A stretch of 64,000 nt of DNA from assembly GCA_030704615.1 (NCBI GenBank), contig CM060733.1:5952001-6016000 (forward strand). The letters are read 5' to 3'. The stretch is from Takakia lepidozioides. Its lineage: Eukaryota > Plantae > Bryophyta. The translations under genes and the position numbers were made by a program. Numbering within the stretch: position 1 is the first letter of the stretch; each line of letters opens with the position of its first letter. Positions 48,826-61,600 of the stretch are shown here, in pieces. The notes beneath the pieces were generated by a model that did no database searches, was not told the origin of the DNA, and worked only from the letters and a program-made list of their open reading frames with translations.

Positions 48826-51363
48826 TTATTCACCTACAAGTGCAGCTAGATCACTTATTTCTGACACCCTCAGCAGGTTCTCCCTATCAATTGAAGCCTT
48901 CTTGCACACACTTACCACTTGCCCCTCCTTCTCATTTGACTTAATCTTGTCAATAGCAATCCCAAACACAGATTTTTGCAGGCGTGGGTCCTCGATCTTC
49001 CCACAAACCTCAGTCAGCAGCCTCAGCTCAGTTGCCCCAGCCAAAATTAAGCCTGCAACCAGTTCTCCAAATAGCTTGGGTGCCATTGGGGCGTCCATGG
49101 CCAGATCCTCGAGGCCCTCAGAAACCTGCAACACCCCACCTCTCAAATCCTGGCTTGAGAGCACTGCCTTTGAATGTAAGTGCTCCAAGAGCTTCAAAAC
49201 CAGCATATCCCGCTTTTCAAGTGCCATGGACAGTGCAATCTGCACAAACTCTGCATGGAATTCGGGAGCTTTAAGTTCTTGCACACACAGCACAGCCTCA
49301 TTCAGATCGACAATACAGAAATATTCCGTGAGTAGAGACTCCGACTTCTTTGTGAGGTCAGCTGCTGGGCGCCCACTAACAGCTGTTGTTGGCTGCACCA
49401 CAGGAGGGGGGTTCCGGATGGTCTCCTTCACTGCATCCTGGGCAGGACTGATTCCTGCTACAGGGCCAGGGCGGAATCCCTGACTTACAGGTTCAGCTGC
49501 TACACCACTCTGCCTTGGTGGGACGGTAGGTCCAGCCGACCCACTCCCAATCAGAGCACTTGTCTTCCCTTGAAATCCATAACCCCCACTTCCTTGGGGA
49601 AGAACCCTGGGGCCAACTCCACTGGCTCTCATCACAGGTTGAAACCGTCCGGAAATTCCAGGCACTGGCAGCACGCCTGCATCTCTCAACTTGGGCTTGG
49701 GCTTGCCACCCACACCCACTGTTTCCCATCCGTCAGCCTCCAACCCCGGAATGAAGCCTGCCATCAAAGGCGCGCCAGGAACTCCTAGACCCCCAGGCAT
49801 CCCTGGCATCCCTGGCATGCCTGGCATACCAGGCATCATGCCCCCTGCACCAGGCAGGAACCCAAAGTCTTTCCCAATGCCACCACCGCCTGGTGTATTG
49901 CCGGGTCGCCCATTCCTAAACATCATACCTGGACGGAGCCCTAGCTTCTGCTCTGCCTCAGCATGGATCTCATTGATAGTCTTGGCCTTAACCTCCTCGC
50001 GTCTAGGCACCCATTTGTTAGACCGCAGCTCAAGGATATCTCGCACCATGAATCTGATCCGAGAAGCCAGAGATCTGCTTGTGCTCACCTCCTTGAGCCG
50101 TGTAAAATAGGAGTCAAATGCAACTCGTGATTTCGCACTCTCCTCCAGCTGCTTCCCTACTGTTGAAAACAGCTGGCATAGCGCTTCCACATTTTCCTCA
50201 GCAGGAATGGCCTTGGGGTCAGAACCAAGTAGTTCCTGGATGCATGCATGCACAATAATCTCCGGTAGCATCTTCTGTTTAAACAGTTCTCCTATCAGTT
50301 TGATGTTCCCCAGTGTCCTAAGCTTTACATTCCTCTCCTTTTCAGCACGCTCACTTGCCTGTTCTGGTTTAGTCATCTGGCGTATATCGGTACGCAGGGC
50401 ATCGGCACCCTCGAACTCCTCTTGACACGTGTTGAGTAACACACGACGAAATGTGACTGGCTTCTCACCTGGTTGCTCGGATGGAAACTCAGGGAGCGCC
50501 TTGCTCAGATGAACACACAATTGAGCATACATGGGGCAAAACGTAGGCTCCAAGACAGCCTTGTCAAACACGAGTGAAATTACACCCTGCAGAAGCTCAG
50601 CTGAGCTGATGCCAGCCTGCACCATCTGCTCTAGCAATACATCATACTTCTCTGGAGTCAGCTTGTTCAGTATCCCCTTGACAGTTCTAAACACTTTCTC
50701 CTTCTCCGACTGAGCGCCCCTTCGAGCCGACCATGGATTGGCCGATTTGACAATGGCAGAGGAGGTTCGAACCTCATTTTGCGAAGGAAACTCTGGTTGC
50801 CTAGCTGAAGGCTGTGAATTAGGTTGCTCCCGTTTATTGTCAGTCCGTTGCTTAGGGTTTCTTTCCTTCTGCTGCTCTTTCCCACCTTTCTCTTCCTGTA
50901 CTGGGGCGGGCGCAGGTGCTCGCGCCCGCCAGTCTCGTGCATCGGTCTCAATGGGCCGGCTTGCGGCCTGCGGTGCAGGCTCCCGCCGCGCCCAGTCATC
51001 TTCCTGCCCCGCGCTGGTGGTAAGATCTAACCCTGAATTCAGAAGCTCTTCCGGGGCCTGCATACACTGATCCTGAAACTGCATCAGCTTGTCTCTGCTA
51101 TACCGGATCCGCTCATGGCTGGCCTTCTGTACCCTGGCATCGGGACCTTTGACCAACCGACGAAAGTTAGGGTTTGCATTCTCAGCTGATGGATCCGCAA
51201 AGCCCTGTCCCGCACTCCCATTCACTCCTCCAAACGGTCTGAAAGAAAGCAGGCCACTTCTTCCCCCCCCTGGCCGCAAACTCACGTTTGTTTGCGCTGT
51301 GCCAGATCCCGACGATGGCCCCAGCAGCGACAGCGAAGGAGATGGCGAGGCGGCGGCATCCAT
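48826..51363 (-). CDS. eIFiso4G: Eukaryotic translation initiation factor eIF(iso)4G, intronless CDS, 845 aa
   Basis: ATG at 51363. N-terminal SLRPGG, eIF4E-binding YSRDKLM (YxxxxLphi), MIF4G domain (KGILNKLTPE..FDKAVLEPTFCPMYA..LGNIKLIGEL), WVPRREE, MPG repeats and C-terminal MA3 domain. Confidence 0.95.
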   Translation of the reverse strand: MDAAASPSPSLSLLGPSSGSGTAQTNVSLRPGGGRSGLLSFRPFGGVNGSAGQGFADPSAENANPNFRRLVKGPDARVQKASHERIRYSRDKLMQFQDQCMQAPEELLNSGLDLTTSAGQEDDWARREPAPQAASRPIETDARDWRARAPAPAPVQEEKGGKEQQKERNPKQRTDNKREQPNSQPSARQPEFPSQNEVRTSSAIVKSANPWSARRGAQSEKEKVFRTVKGILNKLTPEKYDVLLEQMVQAGISSAELLQGVISLVFDKAVLEPTFCPMYAQLCVHLSKALPEFPSEQPGEKPVTFRRVLLNTCQEEFEGADALRTDIRQMTKPEQASERAEKERNVKLRTLGNIKLIGELFKQKMLPEIIVHACIQELLGSDPKAIPAEENVEALCQLFSTVGKQLEESAKSRVAFDSYFTRLKEVSTSRSLASRIRFMVRDILELRSNKWVPRREEVKAKTINEIHAEAEQKLGLRPGMMFRNGRPGNTPGGGGIGKDFGFLPGAGGMMPGMPGMPGMPGMPGGLGVPGAPLMAGFIPGLEADGWETVGVGGKPKPKLRDAGVLPVPGISGRFQPVMRASGVGPRVLPQGSGGYGFQGKTSALIGSGSAGPTVPPRQSGVAAEPVSQGFRPGPVAGISPAQDAVKETIRNPPPVVQPTTAVSGRPAADLTKKSESLLTEYFCIVDLNEAVLCVQELKAPEFHAEFVQIALSMALEKRDMLVLKLLEHLHSKAVLSSQDLRGGVLQVSEGLEDLAMDAPMAPKLFGELVAGLILAGATELRLLTEVCGKIEDPRLQKSVFGIAIDKIKSNEKEGQVVSVCKKASIDRENLLRVSEISDLAALVGE

Positions 51364-52254
51364 AGCTTGGCAAGCAACACCCTCAGCACTCAGCAACACT
51401 CACCTACCCACACCCGCCCCCTCTGCTGCCTCCCCCCAAACCCTCCTTCTCTCTTCTCACCCTACTTTCACCCTACTTTCACCCTCCCTGGTTACCTACT
51501 GCCTAGCTTTACCCCCCTCTCACCTCTGGTCACCTCTCTGTTCTGCCCCCTCTTTTTTTCATCTCATTCTCAGTGCTTTATACTACCCCCTCTACTCCCA
51601 AAATTGCAAAAAAACAGGCCTTTTTCGCCTTTTGTTTTCGTCTTACTTTTGAAAACTATTTCGTCTTTTACGAACAATAAAACGTTTTTAATGATATTTT
51701 TGCTGTCCGGTAGCTTTTAGTGGTCAAAATTACAGCTTTTCGGGTAAAGTGAAGGTTTAACAGGATAGTCAGATCTGGATGGTGTTGTTATTCATCTATT
51801 GTTCTGGCCCGTTTCGTCCACATCCCCGTGTTATCATCCATCATAGCCAGCCATCCAAATTAAGTTACCTCCAACTTCAAACATCGACTGTGGTGAAGTC
51901 CGAGGGTTTATGTGTAAGGTCTAAATTTTTCTTTTATTATTTTTGGAAACTTTTTGGTACCTTTTCAGGATTTAAGTGCAAGAGAAAAACTTTTCTTAGA
52001 AAAAATACTAATGTGGTCCTTTCTTTTGAGTAATTTTACGTCTCATATGAGCAATGTTCTCAAAGCCCACAGCAGAATTATTATCATTATTTATTTATTC
52101 TGAATTGAATGTATGAACAGAGACATTTGTGTATTTGGGGGGTGAGAACGTGAGGGGTATGATGGTATAGAAATTTTTATGATGATCGGTGGATGGACAG
52201 AATCTACTGAACAGTTTCAGTACCATGGTGCTGGTGCTACCAATGATTTCGTTT

Positions 52255-52900
52255 GTTTTTTTGGGAAAGCACAAATGAGGATAAATTGACCTCTTTCACA
52301 AGGCTCATAGGACACCACCCTAGGGGAGGGGGAGAAGATTCTACGATTATACATTATACCACAGCCGACAAGGTAGCAGGATTTGAGCCCAGAATCACCT
52401 GGGTGGCACCAATTGCACCATCTGAAGTTTTTTGTTTTTTGTTTCAAGAAGCACCATTTTATAGCGCAAGAAGCCATGGAAAAAATAGGCAATGAATCAG
52501 GATTGCGTATCAACTAACAGCCAAGGAATTTTCCTAATCATACAAAAATAGTTCGTTTAAGTTTTTTTTGTTTTAGTTTTTTGGAGAAAGGGGTACAGAA
52601 TGTGGGAAAAAAAAAATTAAAACTCCCCAAGCCATAAGGACTGAAGTCTAGGTAGCTAAAATTAAAAGAAAGCCAAATGAAATGTTCTCCTTTTCTTTGG
52701 CATTTTGAAGAGAAACACACCTGGGAGTGACCGCTCGCTCACAAATCAGTAGAGGACCCTCTTTCCAAGTATCCTCGCATGAGCGCCAATCAAGGCAGCC
52801 CAGGGAAGGGGAGAACATAATACCACTTAACATGGTAGCAGGACTCAAGCCCAGATTCATCAAGGTGGCTGAAAGTGTACTACCCAACTGAACCACCGTC
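52255..52900 (-). mobile_element. Two adjacent SINE family A copies (~52255-52420 and ~52700-52900)
   Basis: The reverse complements carry ..CACC..G.(G)ATTCTGGGCTCAAATCCTGCTA / TGGTTCAGTTGG..CTGGGCTTGAGTCCTGCTA, TTCTCCCC.TCCC and CTGATTTGTGAGC..CAGGTGTGTTTC with A tails, matching 3197-3413. Confidence 0.7.
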
Positions 52901-53381
52901 TGGTGATTCACTGTGCTTTGTTTCCTTCCCTTTGTCAAGGAAGGGGGTGGTTGCCTTGAATGAACTTTATCGGCCTGCCTTCCTAAGGCAAAGGAAAGTA
53001 AAGTACGACACCTCCCCAAGGTAGCGTAACTTATCGTGTCACTTCACCACAAGGGCTACTGCCTTCCAGCTAAAAGGTGGACACGTCATGACACACCAGA
53101 CCGTGGTTTGAACCCACAACCACATCCACTGGGCTACATGCTAGTTGTCTTCCTAAGGCAGGACTAACGCACAGGTGTTGATGCTTAGCACTATACTTGC
53201 AATTAAGTTTCGAATTAGATGTAATGGAAATATTTCATCCACATCTACAAATGAATGAATTCTTTGGATGAATAGTTTTATGCATGCGTGAGTACATCTA
53301 CCAGCCATGGCAGGCCAATAAATTCCCCCCAAGGAAGACAATGACTTGTATTTCCTCCTATAACTTTTACCTTGTATTTTC

Positions 53382-54389
53382 CAGTGTTGTAGTGGTACCG
53401 TAGAGTCCTTCAATGTCCGGCGCATTGCTGCTGAATATTTGGTTATTTCAGAGAAAGTAGGGTCCGGCACCTAAATTTAGATTTTTACAATTTTTGAACA
53501 AGTTGGTCACATACATTTAAATTACCTCTAGGGAGGTAATTAGGGTATATCCTCTAGAGGATAACCCTAACGCGGAATTCTTTATGGCTTCGACATTGAG
53601 GTCATTACTTTTCTGAATATTTCAGATAAACAAAACTTGAATTAATAAACGCCGGACATCGAAGGACTCTACGGTATTGGTGTTAAATAATGGGTATCAA
53701 CCTGGTTTCGCAGAACCTACCAGTCGAGTAGGTTGTGGCGGCAATACCTAGGTTCGACCCCAGTCACCCTAATATCACTCCAGGCTCTACCATGTTGATA
53801 CTAAGAACCGGCTTACATTCTTCCTTCGATACCAGTATTGAGACACAGATTGGCCCAAAAAATTGGTGAATCATGGGTAGGAATTTTGCACATTATTAGG
53901 GATGGTGGTTGCTCCGTAGAAGATCAGATTTAGGCATTTCTACTAATCAGATTAGCATACTCTAGCATTCTGCAACTACAACAATGCATTGGCATATTTC
54001 TATTCAAATTGTCTCTTTTGGGACAATTTTCCTGCGTTTTCTTGCATTCAAGTTTTGTATGTATGTTTTTGTTTGTACATTCAGGTTGTATGTTTGTGAT
54101 TTGCCTAGTCATTCTCTATTGTGCGCTGAATGTTTCTGTTTTGGCTTGGCTTTCAGGTTGTGTATGATGGGTGCAAAAACTATTGATACCCGGGTTGATA
54201 TACCCTTGGTACTGCAAAAAATTACCCCCAATTATTGATACCACGTACTACCCACCACTGCCAAAGCAAAAACTTATACCAATATTGTATTTGAAAAACC
54301 AGACCCTACAAAATTTAGGTTGACACTTCATAACAAAGCAAGACCCGAACCAACTGGTATATTAAAAATTCAATACCAGTACAACACAT
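53382..54389. mobile_element. Candidate non-autonomous hAT-like element
   Basis: Left end CAGTGTTGTAGTGGTA, right end TACCAGTACAACACA, with GATACC/GGTATC subterminal motifs. TSD not recognisable. Confidence 0.45.
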
Positions 54390-55601
54390 TTTCCTCCTCT
54401 TTGCTCTCATTGACATTTCTGATCCTCGGTGTGGAAGAATTCTGTTAGAGATTGCGCTTCAATGCTTCATGGAACAGATAGTTGAGTCTCCCAGGGATCT
54501 CATATTAAAGAGGGCAGCAAAAGAGGAAGTGAAAAGAACATAGAAAGAGCGAATGAAGGTACTGTTCTTGGGGCAATTTCTGCCTTCGGTGATTGGAAAG
54601 ATCGGGAAGGCTCCATACCTCAACTCAAAACCATCAAGACTTCGTCACAACCTATATGGCAGGGCTTGCATGTATTACATGCATTTGTTTGGGATAATTA
54701 GGAGAAAAAAAATTACAATTGAGTCAGTCACCAGAGGGTTTTGTCTTAAAAAAATGGAATAGAGGTCATCACAGCGTTCCCTTTTCAAAAAAATAAAAAG
54801 TACGAAAGAACATCTTTGGGCGAATCCATATAGTTGGCCATCACGAGCTTGGACATTGGATAAAACAATGTACGAGACAATACTATGGTGGTGATGTGGA
54901 CTTATTTAATTTATTTTTTCCCAGCTCACAATTCAGGCACTTATCTTCAAATAAGAGGAGGAAAATTAACCTCCTTTCATAAATGCCATAAGTTTTTTAA
55001 ATAGGTTATACTGTAATAGGCAAATAATATGAATTAATTAATATTTCAAATTGATTAATAGTGCTTTAGTAGGCCCATTGCACAGGAGGAAAAAAAACAA
55101 AAAAAAACAATTTGTTTTTTGACGAATTCCGGTGCAGGTCCCGATGGAGGATCCCGGCGGTGATGCAGCGTACACCCGAGGACTCATTCCGACAAGATTT
55201 GCGACATTTTTCAATTTTAAAGTCTATTTCTGCAATAAAATATTACTTTAAAACAATTTGCACATGGCACAGGTGGACGGTTGCCACGTGGGCTGAGACG
55301 CAGTCAATCGCTTCATTACACGGCACAATTTACATGCGCGTAGATGGACGACTTTCGTGCTCGGACGTCTGAACATTCATCTGTCTATCTGCCGGGTCAC
55401 CCGGTCCTCTGAGACCCAGGGTTATGCAGGGGCCGAAGATGCAGGAAGCTGCAGTGCTCGACGTCGTCGTCTTCTTCCTCTTGTGGCCTTTGAGCGGGAT
55501 CATGAGAGGGGGATTCTTTTCGGTGAGTGTGTGTCTTGCTTTGAATTTTCGCAAGAATCCCAAGGTGTTCTGAGCAGTTTCAAGTGCATGAGCAGGGAGG
55601 C

Positions 55602-56585
55602 ATGGCGGCATACTCGGACATGCGTGAGGTGAAGTTGTGGAACGACAAGAGAGAGCGGGAAATGTATGACAACTTTGCGGACCTCTTTGCCATCATCAAG
55701 ACCACCGAGAAGCTGGAGAAGGCGTATGTTCGGGATGTGATTAGTGCCAAGGAGTATGAGCCTGCATGCGCAAAGCTCATCGCGCAATTTCGAACCCTAA
55801 AAACAACTGTGAAGGACACCGTCCCCGATGTTGAGCGTTTCATGGATGCTTATAAAATGGATTGCCCGGCCGCTCTGAATCGCCTCCTGGTTTCTGGGAT
55901 CCCTGCAACTGTAGAGCACAAGGGAGCATCCTCAGACTCTGGCACAGCTGTTGCCGTTGCTGAATGCGTGCAACACTACATTACGGCCATGGATAACTTG
56001 AAGCTTAACATGCTTGCAGTTGACCAGGTTAGTTCACTTAAGTTTGTTATTTTCATTCCATCGAGTTTATCTCCACTTGCTTATTGCAGCATACTCTCGT
56101 CGTATGGACCTCGCCGTCAGGATCACATAACGGTCTTGTGGCTGTCCCTGCCTCCCCCAGAGTTACAATAAACAGTTAGGTTTAGTCTTGTTCAAGCATC
56201 GCGATCAATTTTAATTCCTTCTTGGATCCGGTTGCACATGGGGTGCTAGGAATCAGGTACTATTTTCCTCCTCTTCCCAGGTGTGAACCATCAAAATATT
56301 TCCAGTGAGTCTGAGTCTGTTGCCCTTCCCTCTGTTCATACTGATCGTCGAAGTTGCGTGCATCAGGTACACCCGCTGCTATCGGATCTGGTCTTATCAT
56401 TGAGCAGGGTTCCACAGCTGCCACCAGATTTTGAGGGTAAAGTGAAGGGGAAGGAGTGGATTGCAAGACTGAATAAGATGGGGGCAGCCGATGAGTTGAC
56501 GGATCAACAGGCCAGGCAACTTTTGTTCGATCTGGAGTCGTCCTACAACGCCTTCATCAATTCCTTGCCGAAATCTTCATCCTAG
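55602..56585 (+). CDS. VPS28: ESCRT-I subunit VPS28 (214 aa)
   Basis: Exons 55602-56027 and 56367-56585. Motifs EVKLWNDKREREMY.NFA.LFAIIK.TEKLEKAY, MDCPAALNRL, LNMLAVDQVHPLL and RQLLFDLESSYN. Probable 5'UTR intron at 55523-55577. Confidence 0.95.
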
Positions 56586-57414
56586 GATGTATTTCAGGGA
56601 GTTAATACTCATGTAGAGTGTATATTGTATATAAAATTTTATTGGAAAAGTTGAATGTAAATCAAGCATCATGTTTACAGCTCCACATGTATACTTGCGA
56701 CATGCAAATAGGCGGGGGTTTTTCAGAGAATCCTTTTAACTACAATTGTGATCTGTCAGTTGGAATGGTCTATTTTTCTTTCCTACTAGGGTTTGTCTGG
56801 CCTTCCAGTGGGGCCTTCCACATGATACTCATGTGTGGCATAAAGCTGCATCAGTTCATATAACTGGCTGTGTCGTTTACGTTGGAGTTGCTTGGTTGTC
56901 AAGGATTTCGAGGTGTTGGTACATGTGGTCTCTCTTAGAAAGTGAATGGTTTATTGATGCAGTGAGTTGCATGCTGTGCTTGCAGTGCAGGGGATCGTCA
57001 TTAAATGTAATTTTTGACCTGTTTTTGTTGAGTTTAAAGTTGTCTGGGGGTGAGGTTTTTTATGTTGGTTGGCTGCAATATTTCATCACAGCAAGGTCTA
57101 TGGCTCATAAGTGTCACGTGATATTACTGTGCATGCAAGTGAGGAGGGGGTCTCTTTGAAATTTTGCTCTGTCTCACCCTCACCGGTGCCTTCCTTCCAT
57201 TCGACAGCCACTTGAGGGCATGTTGCAGATAATTTTGAGCTGCTTGAACTTGGAGTTTGGCAATATGATACAAAAGAGGCCAATATATCTGCTCCATGCC
57301 AAAGTGAGATAGGCACTCTGTTTGTGATGGGCTTTTCACAGTCTGTTGTTAGGCATGTACAATAACATGATTATTCTGAGTCTCCTGGCTATGTATGCTA
57401 TGAAGCAAGGTAGT

Positions 57415-57990
57415 TTGTTTGTTTTGTTTTGCAGCGAGATGTCCCAAACAGCCCTTGTGCTTGGTACCGCCGGAAAGCCCTCATGTGAGGGGGGTGGTGG
57501 AGTCCCATAATTTTTGGACCTTTGGTGTGGGAATTTGAAGTACTTTTGGTCGTTGGAAATTCGTGAAAAATAACAAAGTGGGCTTTCTTGGAAGAATGAC
57601 TCTTGAATATATTACTACTCAATAAATTCATGGAATATATATATTTCCCCATTCAAATAAAGTTCAGGACTTTATTTGAATGGGGAAAAATTAAAATTAT
57701 TTTTTAATATATGATTGTATACACAGAAGTATTAATATAAACTTCTAACTCTTTCACCAAATTCCAATCTCTGAATCCCATTACATTGTTGCTCATTTTG
57801 TTCATGGTTACAATATTCTTTAAACATCAGTGCATTCATGTTCCACACATTCGTTGTAACTAAACAAACATCTAACTTCATTTTTGAATAGGGATTTCAC
57901 TTCTTCACACATGGGCCTCGACGTAGAGGCACTTGGATACAAAGGGATTGCAATTGGACTTAGATGGCACTCGACACTTGAGCACAGTTC
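57415..57990 (+). repeat. Second copy of the 17245-17870 repeat family
   Basis: Shared 5' segment and TTCTTCACACATGGGCC...GGATTGCA.TTGGACTTA motifs. Confidence 0.7.
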
Positions 57991-58672
57991 GAATTTGTAG
58001 CCGGGAATGTGTTCTAGCAGAGAGGTTGATGACACTGGAATTCCAACAGCAATCACCATAGGTGTGCTTGGCAATTTTATGACTCTCTGTAAAGGTATGC
58101 AGGTCTAGGGCCTTCAATGATGGACAAGACTGAAATCAATGGTAACACTTTGAACTTTTGTAATCTTACAGGTCTTTATCTAGCTACAGCTGTGCATTTG
58201 CTGGAGTAAGATAAGGTACAAGTAGGTACAAATAGTTGGTACAAGTAGAGTACCTGTTTTGTCAAAGTAGAACAATTGGATAATCTTCCATATCGTCTAT
58301 GTATGTGAGTGGTCATGTATGTGTTCTGTGTAGTCTGTCCTGCACTTCATATACACTATCTTAAGTTTCATATGCAAGATCAGCCAAATTCCTGTTAAAG
58401 TGCTTAAGGAGGACCAGTGTTGTTCAATGTAACCAGCCACCAGGGTCACACCACCAAATGATGTTGTTTGATGCATATGCCAGTGTGCATGCAAGTAGCA
58501 GGTTCTTAGCCCCCAGTTCATTTCTGCCAGTAAGAACTGTGGAAAATGGTGCCTGATAAGACAACTCATCTGACGTGCAACAACTGGAGTGTTAGTTCTT
58601 GAGGAAGGTTCCTTGACAATGAGTCTACTGTTTTTATTGCCTGGGCAGTGCACCCAAACGTAAAGACTGTCG

Positions 58673-61600
58673 TTAGGCACGTAAAGGAACAGCTGGCATG
58701 TAGGATTCCAACATAAGACGAGTGGGCGTGGGTGATGTGATGTCTACGATCACATACGTGAATTTCCAATCCTTGTCTTCCTTGTCGTAAAACATCTCAC
58801 TGTACACTTTGCCAGCCCCATGTGGTCCACGAATGTAGAACATCACCTGACAGGAAAATCAACGAGTGAGTGGGTGTGTTTGCGAGAGAAAGATACACGT
58901 GTAAGCTATAAAATGCTTTGCAGGGTAGGGTTGCAGCCTGGGACTCTCTGCTACCACTGCAAAGTGAGTCATAATCTCTGTATGGAAATGGTGTACCTCT
59001 CTCAGCCATTGAGTGCAAACAATGTATAATCATAGTTGATTGTCATATGCACGTGGCATTGAAAGAGAGATGTGAAGCTGTCGTCCTTTCGATCTAGGGG
59101 TTGCTATGAACATTGAAAGATTTCAGGAGTCCTTTTTTGAATTCCTTAACTCTTATATCCTTGAGGCCAGTCTCTCAAGGAGACTAAAACCCTCCCAAAC
59201 CTGATTGGGCATTTTAAACCCAAGATAAACTTAAACGTAAGTTGACATAGTGCTCACAAGCAGCCGATTACAATCCAGTTACAGGGAGACAGGGCAGAGA
59301 GTGATAAAGTTTAACTGCTATGACCAGAACAAAAGATCTTCAGCTTAGAAGACAGCTGTCGTCTGATGCCTGACAGTCAAGCACACTGTTGTTCACAACA
59401 ACATAGTCCATTACAGGGTGAACTGACTTTCCTAGTGAGATTTGCACATTGCAAGGGCTGTACCTCAACATGCTCAATACCATCTTCATCTTTGTATGTG
59501 CGGTGAGAGATGCGTTGCCGAGCTGCCCGGTTTCTACTCTCTTGACCATAACCTGTGATGGGCATCCCTAGCAGTGCTACCACCTGTAATCATCATTTGA
59601 AACCAAATTAAATGACAACATTCACTGTCCCATTCAAATAAGCTTGAGCGATGGCTTTTTTTCCTATTTTTTAAGAATAGTCGGGAACCACCACAATCAC
59701 GGAATGAATTAATTTTTATTTAAAAATTAGGTGTTCCACACCTTGGGTACTACTGGGTTTAGATCCACCTAAGCCTCTCATGTTGGTTCCGTAAACATTC
59801 AACCGCTGATCATAGTGAGTATCTAGTCGCTGTGAGTTCGAAGAGCAGAGTCCCAACCCAGTAAGTACATTGCAGATAGTCACAACAAAGTGCTCAACAT
59901 CCAACATGAGACAGTAGCCCTCTATTTCAAGGGCACAGAAGTTCAGACACGCGAAGTGACAGTTAATTCAGAGTTGTTCAATTTGACAGCTCAAATCAGC
60001 AACCAGAACAAGTCAGAATGTGTGATCTACTAGTTGATTCTGGACATGATAAAAAAATGGTACAACTACTGATGTGAGAATTGAATTGAGAAGCGCTCCA
60101 GGACAAAACCTCTTGGAAAAGGAACAACAACAATAGCAATGAATCAGAAAGAATGCTGTCTCATCACTTAGACAGTCAATCCAAGAGAAAGAGACAAATC
60201 AACTACATCCTGTATAACAGTGGCAAACTGTTAAATCCTACACTGACTTCAGCACTACTAAGTAAGAATCAGTTGAATACCTGAGGGTCATGTTGTACTC
60301 TTTCTAAAGCCTTTCCGAAAATCTTGTACCTGCACCCAACATTAAGACATTAGAGTGCCCCAGAAACCTGAACGGATACAACTGCTGAGATTTAAGGGTT
60401 TAAGGTTCATAACCATAGGTTTTGGGATTTACAGCTTTCTTAGCATTAGTGTACTGGATTGCCAACATTGTGACAAATAAAATGCCATGGTGATTTTGTG
60501 AGTAAAATGTATTGTCTGCCTCCCAGCACATATGCAACCTGAGGAGATTCAGAATTACTACTTTCTTTAAACACTCTCGAGGTCAAGTAGGCCAAAGATA
60601 GGTCCAGAATTGTAGTTGACTCACTAATCCATTGCAGCACTAACACGAGCACTGTTTTACAAGCCCTGCAACTAAGGGCTTCCTACGTTACCAGACTGCA
60701 GGATACAGACTTCCTTTTCACAGCCATGTTGCAATCAACGGATATCCCACACCAGTATTAGACCAAGCCAAGCTATTCATGCAGCACAACTATAATCCCA
60801 CCTAGAACCACAAGCTCACACAGGACTGTCTATGTCATTGAAATAGGCACCAGTGACCCTCCTGTTAAGTTTTTGTTCTTTCCCTATAAAGAGATGAAGC
60901 ACACACTCTCTAGGCTGAAATATCAGCTCCTTGAAAACTGCATAGGCAGCCGCAGCAGCAATGGCCAAGCCTGCCAATATGACAAGACTGTATGACGCGC
61001 CCTCTGCCACAGTCACGGGTCTCTCTGGGATCTTGTCAGTGAGCGAGTCAAAGGGATCCTCTTCTTCCTGCCTGCTGATGCCTTTGCTCTGCAAAATACA
61101 AGCAAATGAGTAACCACTGATGTACACCCACATCCAATGCAGAGAGAGAACAGGAGGGCAGGTGGGGGGTTTAGGAAGGACCTCAAGGCCTGATTGTATC
61201 TATTCTACAGCGAACACAAACTCTTATCTTGTAATGTGTTCTCACGAAAGCTGAAGGAATGAGATACAGATAAGATGTTGCACTCTCACCTCCTCACGTG
61301 TATGCTGTGCAGATTGATGTTCTGGTTGGGAGGTTATGCAGCGGGCGGAGCATGGGAGAAGGGGTGTCAGCAACTCACCCCTTACCCTTTGAAGCAATCC
61401 TGGCACTCGTGGAAAGGTACAGGTGCTAAAGCTATGGATATGATGGAGGAAAATTGCCCTGTATCCTAACACACACACCAAAACACCCAAAACTTAGGCC
61501 TCCATAGGAAACTAACAACCTAGGCCCCTTCTGGGCCAGCAGCGGCTATAAGCATTGCTCTTCGAACTATCCTAATTGTCCCCCAGCTTTTCAGTCAGTC

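Noticed and set aside
48902-51720. Long plus-strand ORFs overlapping eIF(iso)4G
   Set aside because: Antisense shadows of a GC-rich CDS with no recognisable motifs.
60010-60170. Minus-strand GTGATGA/CTGA pair in a TIM21 intron
   Set aside because: No convincing stem, C' box or guide.
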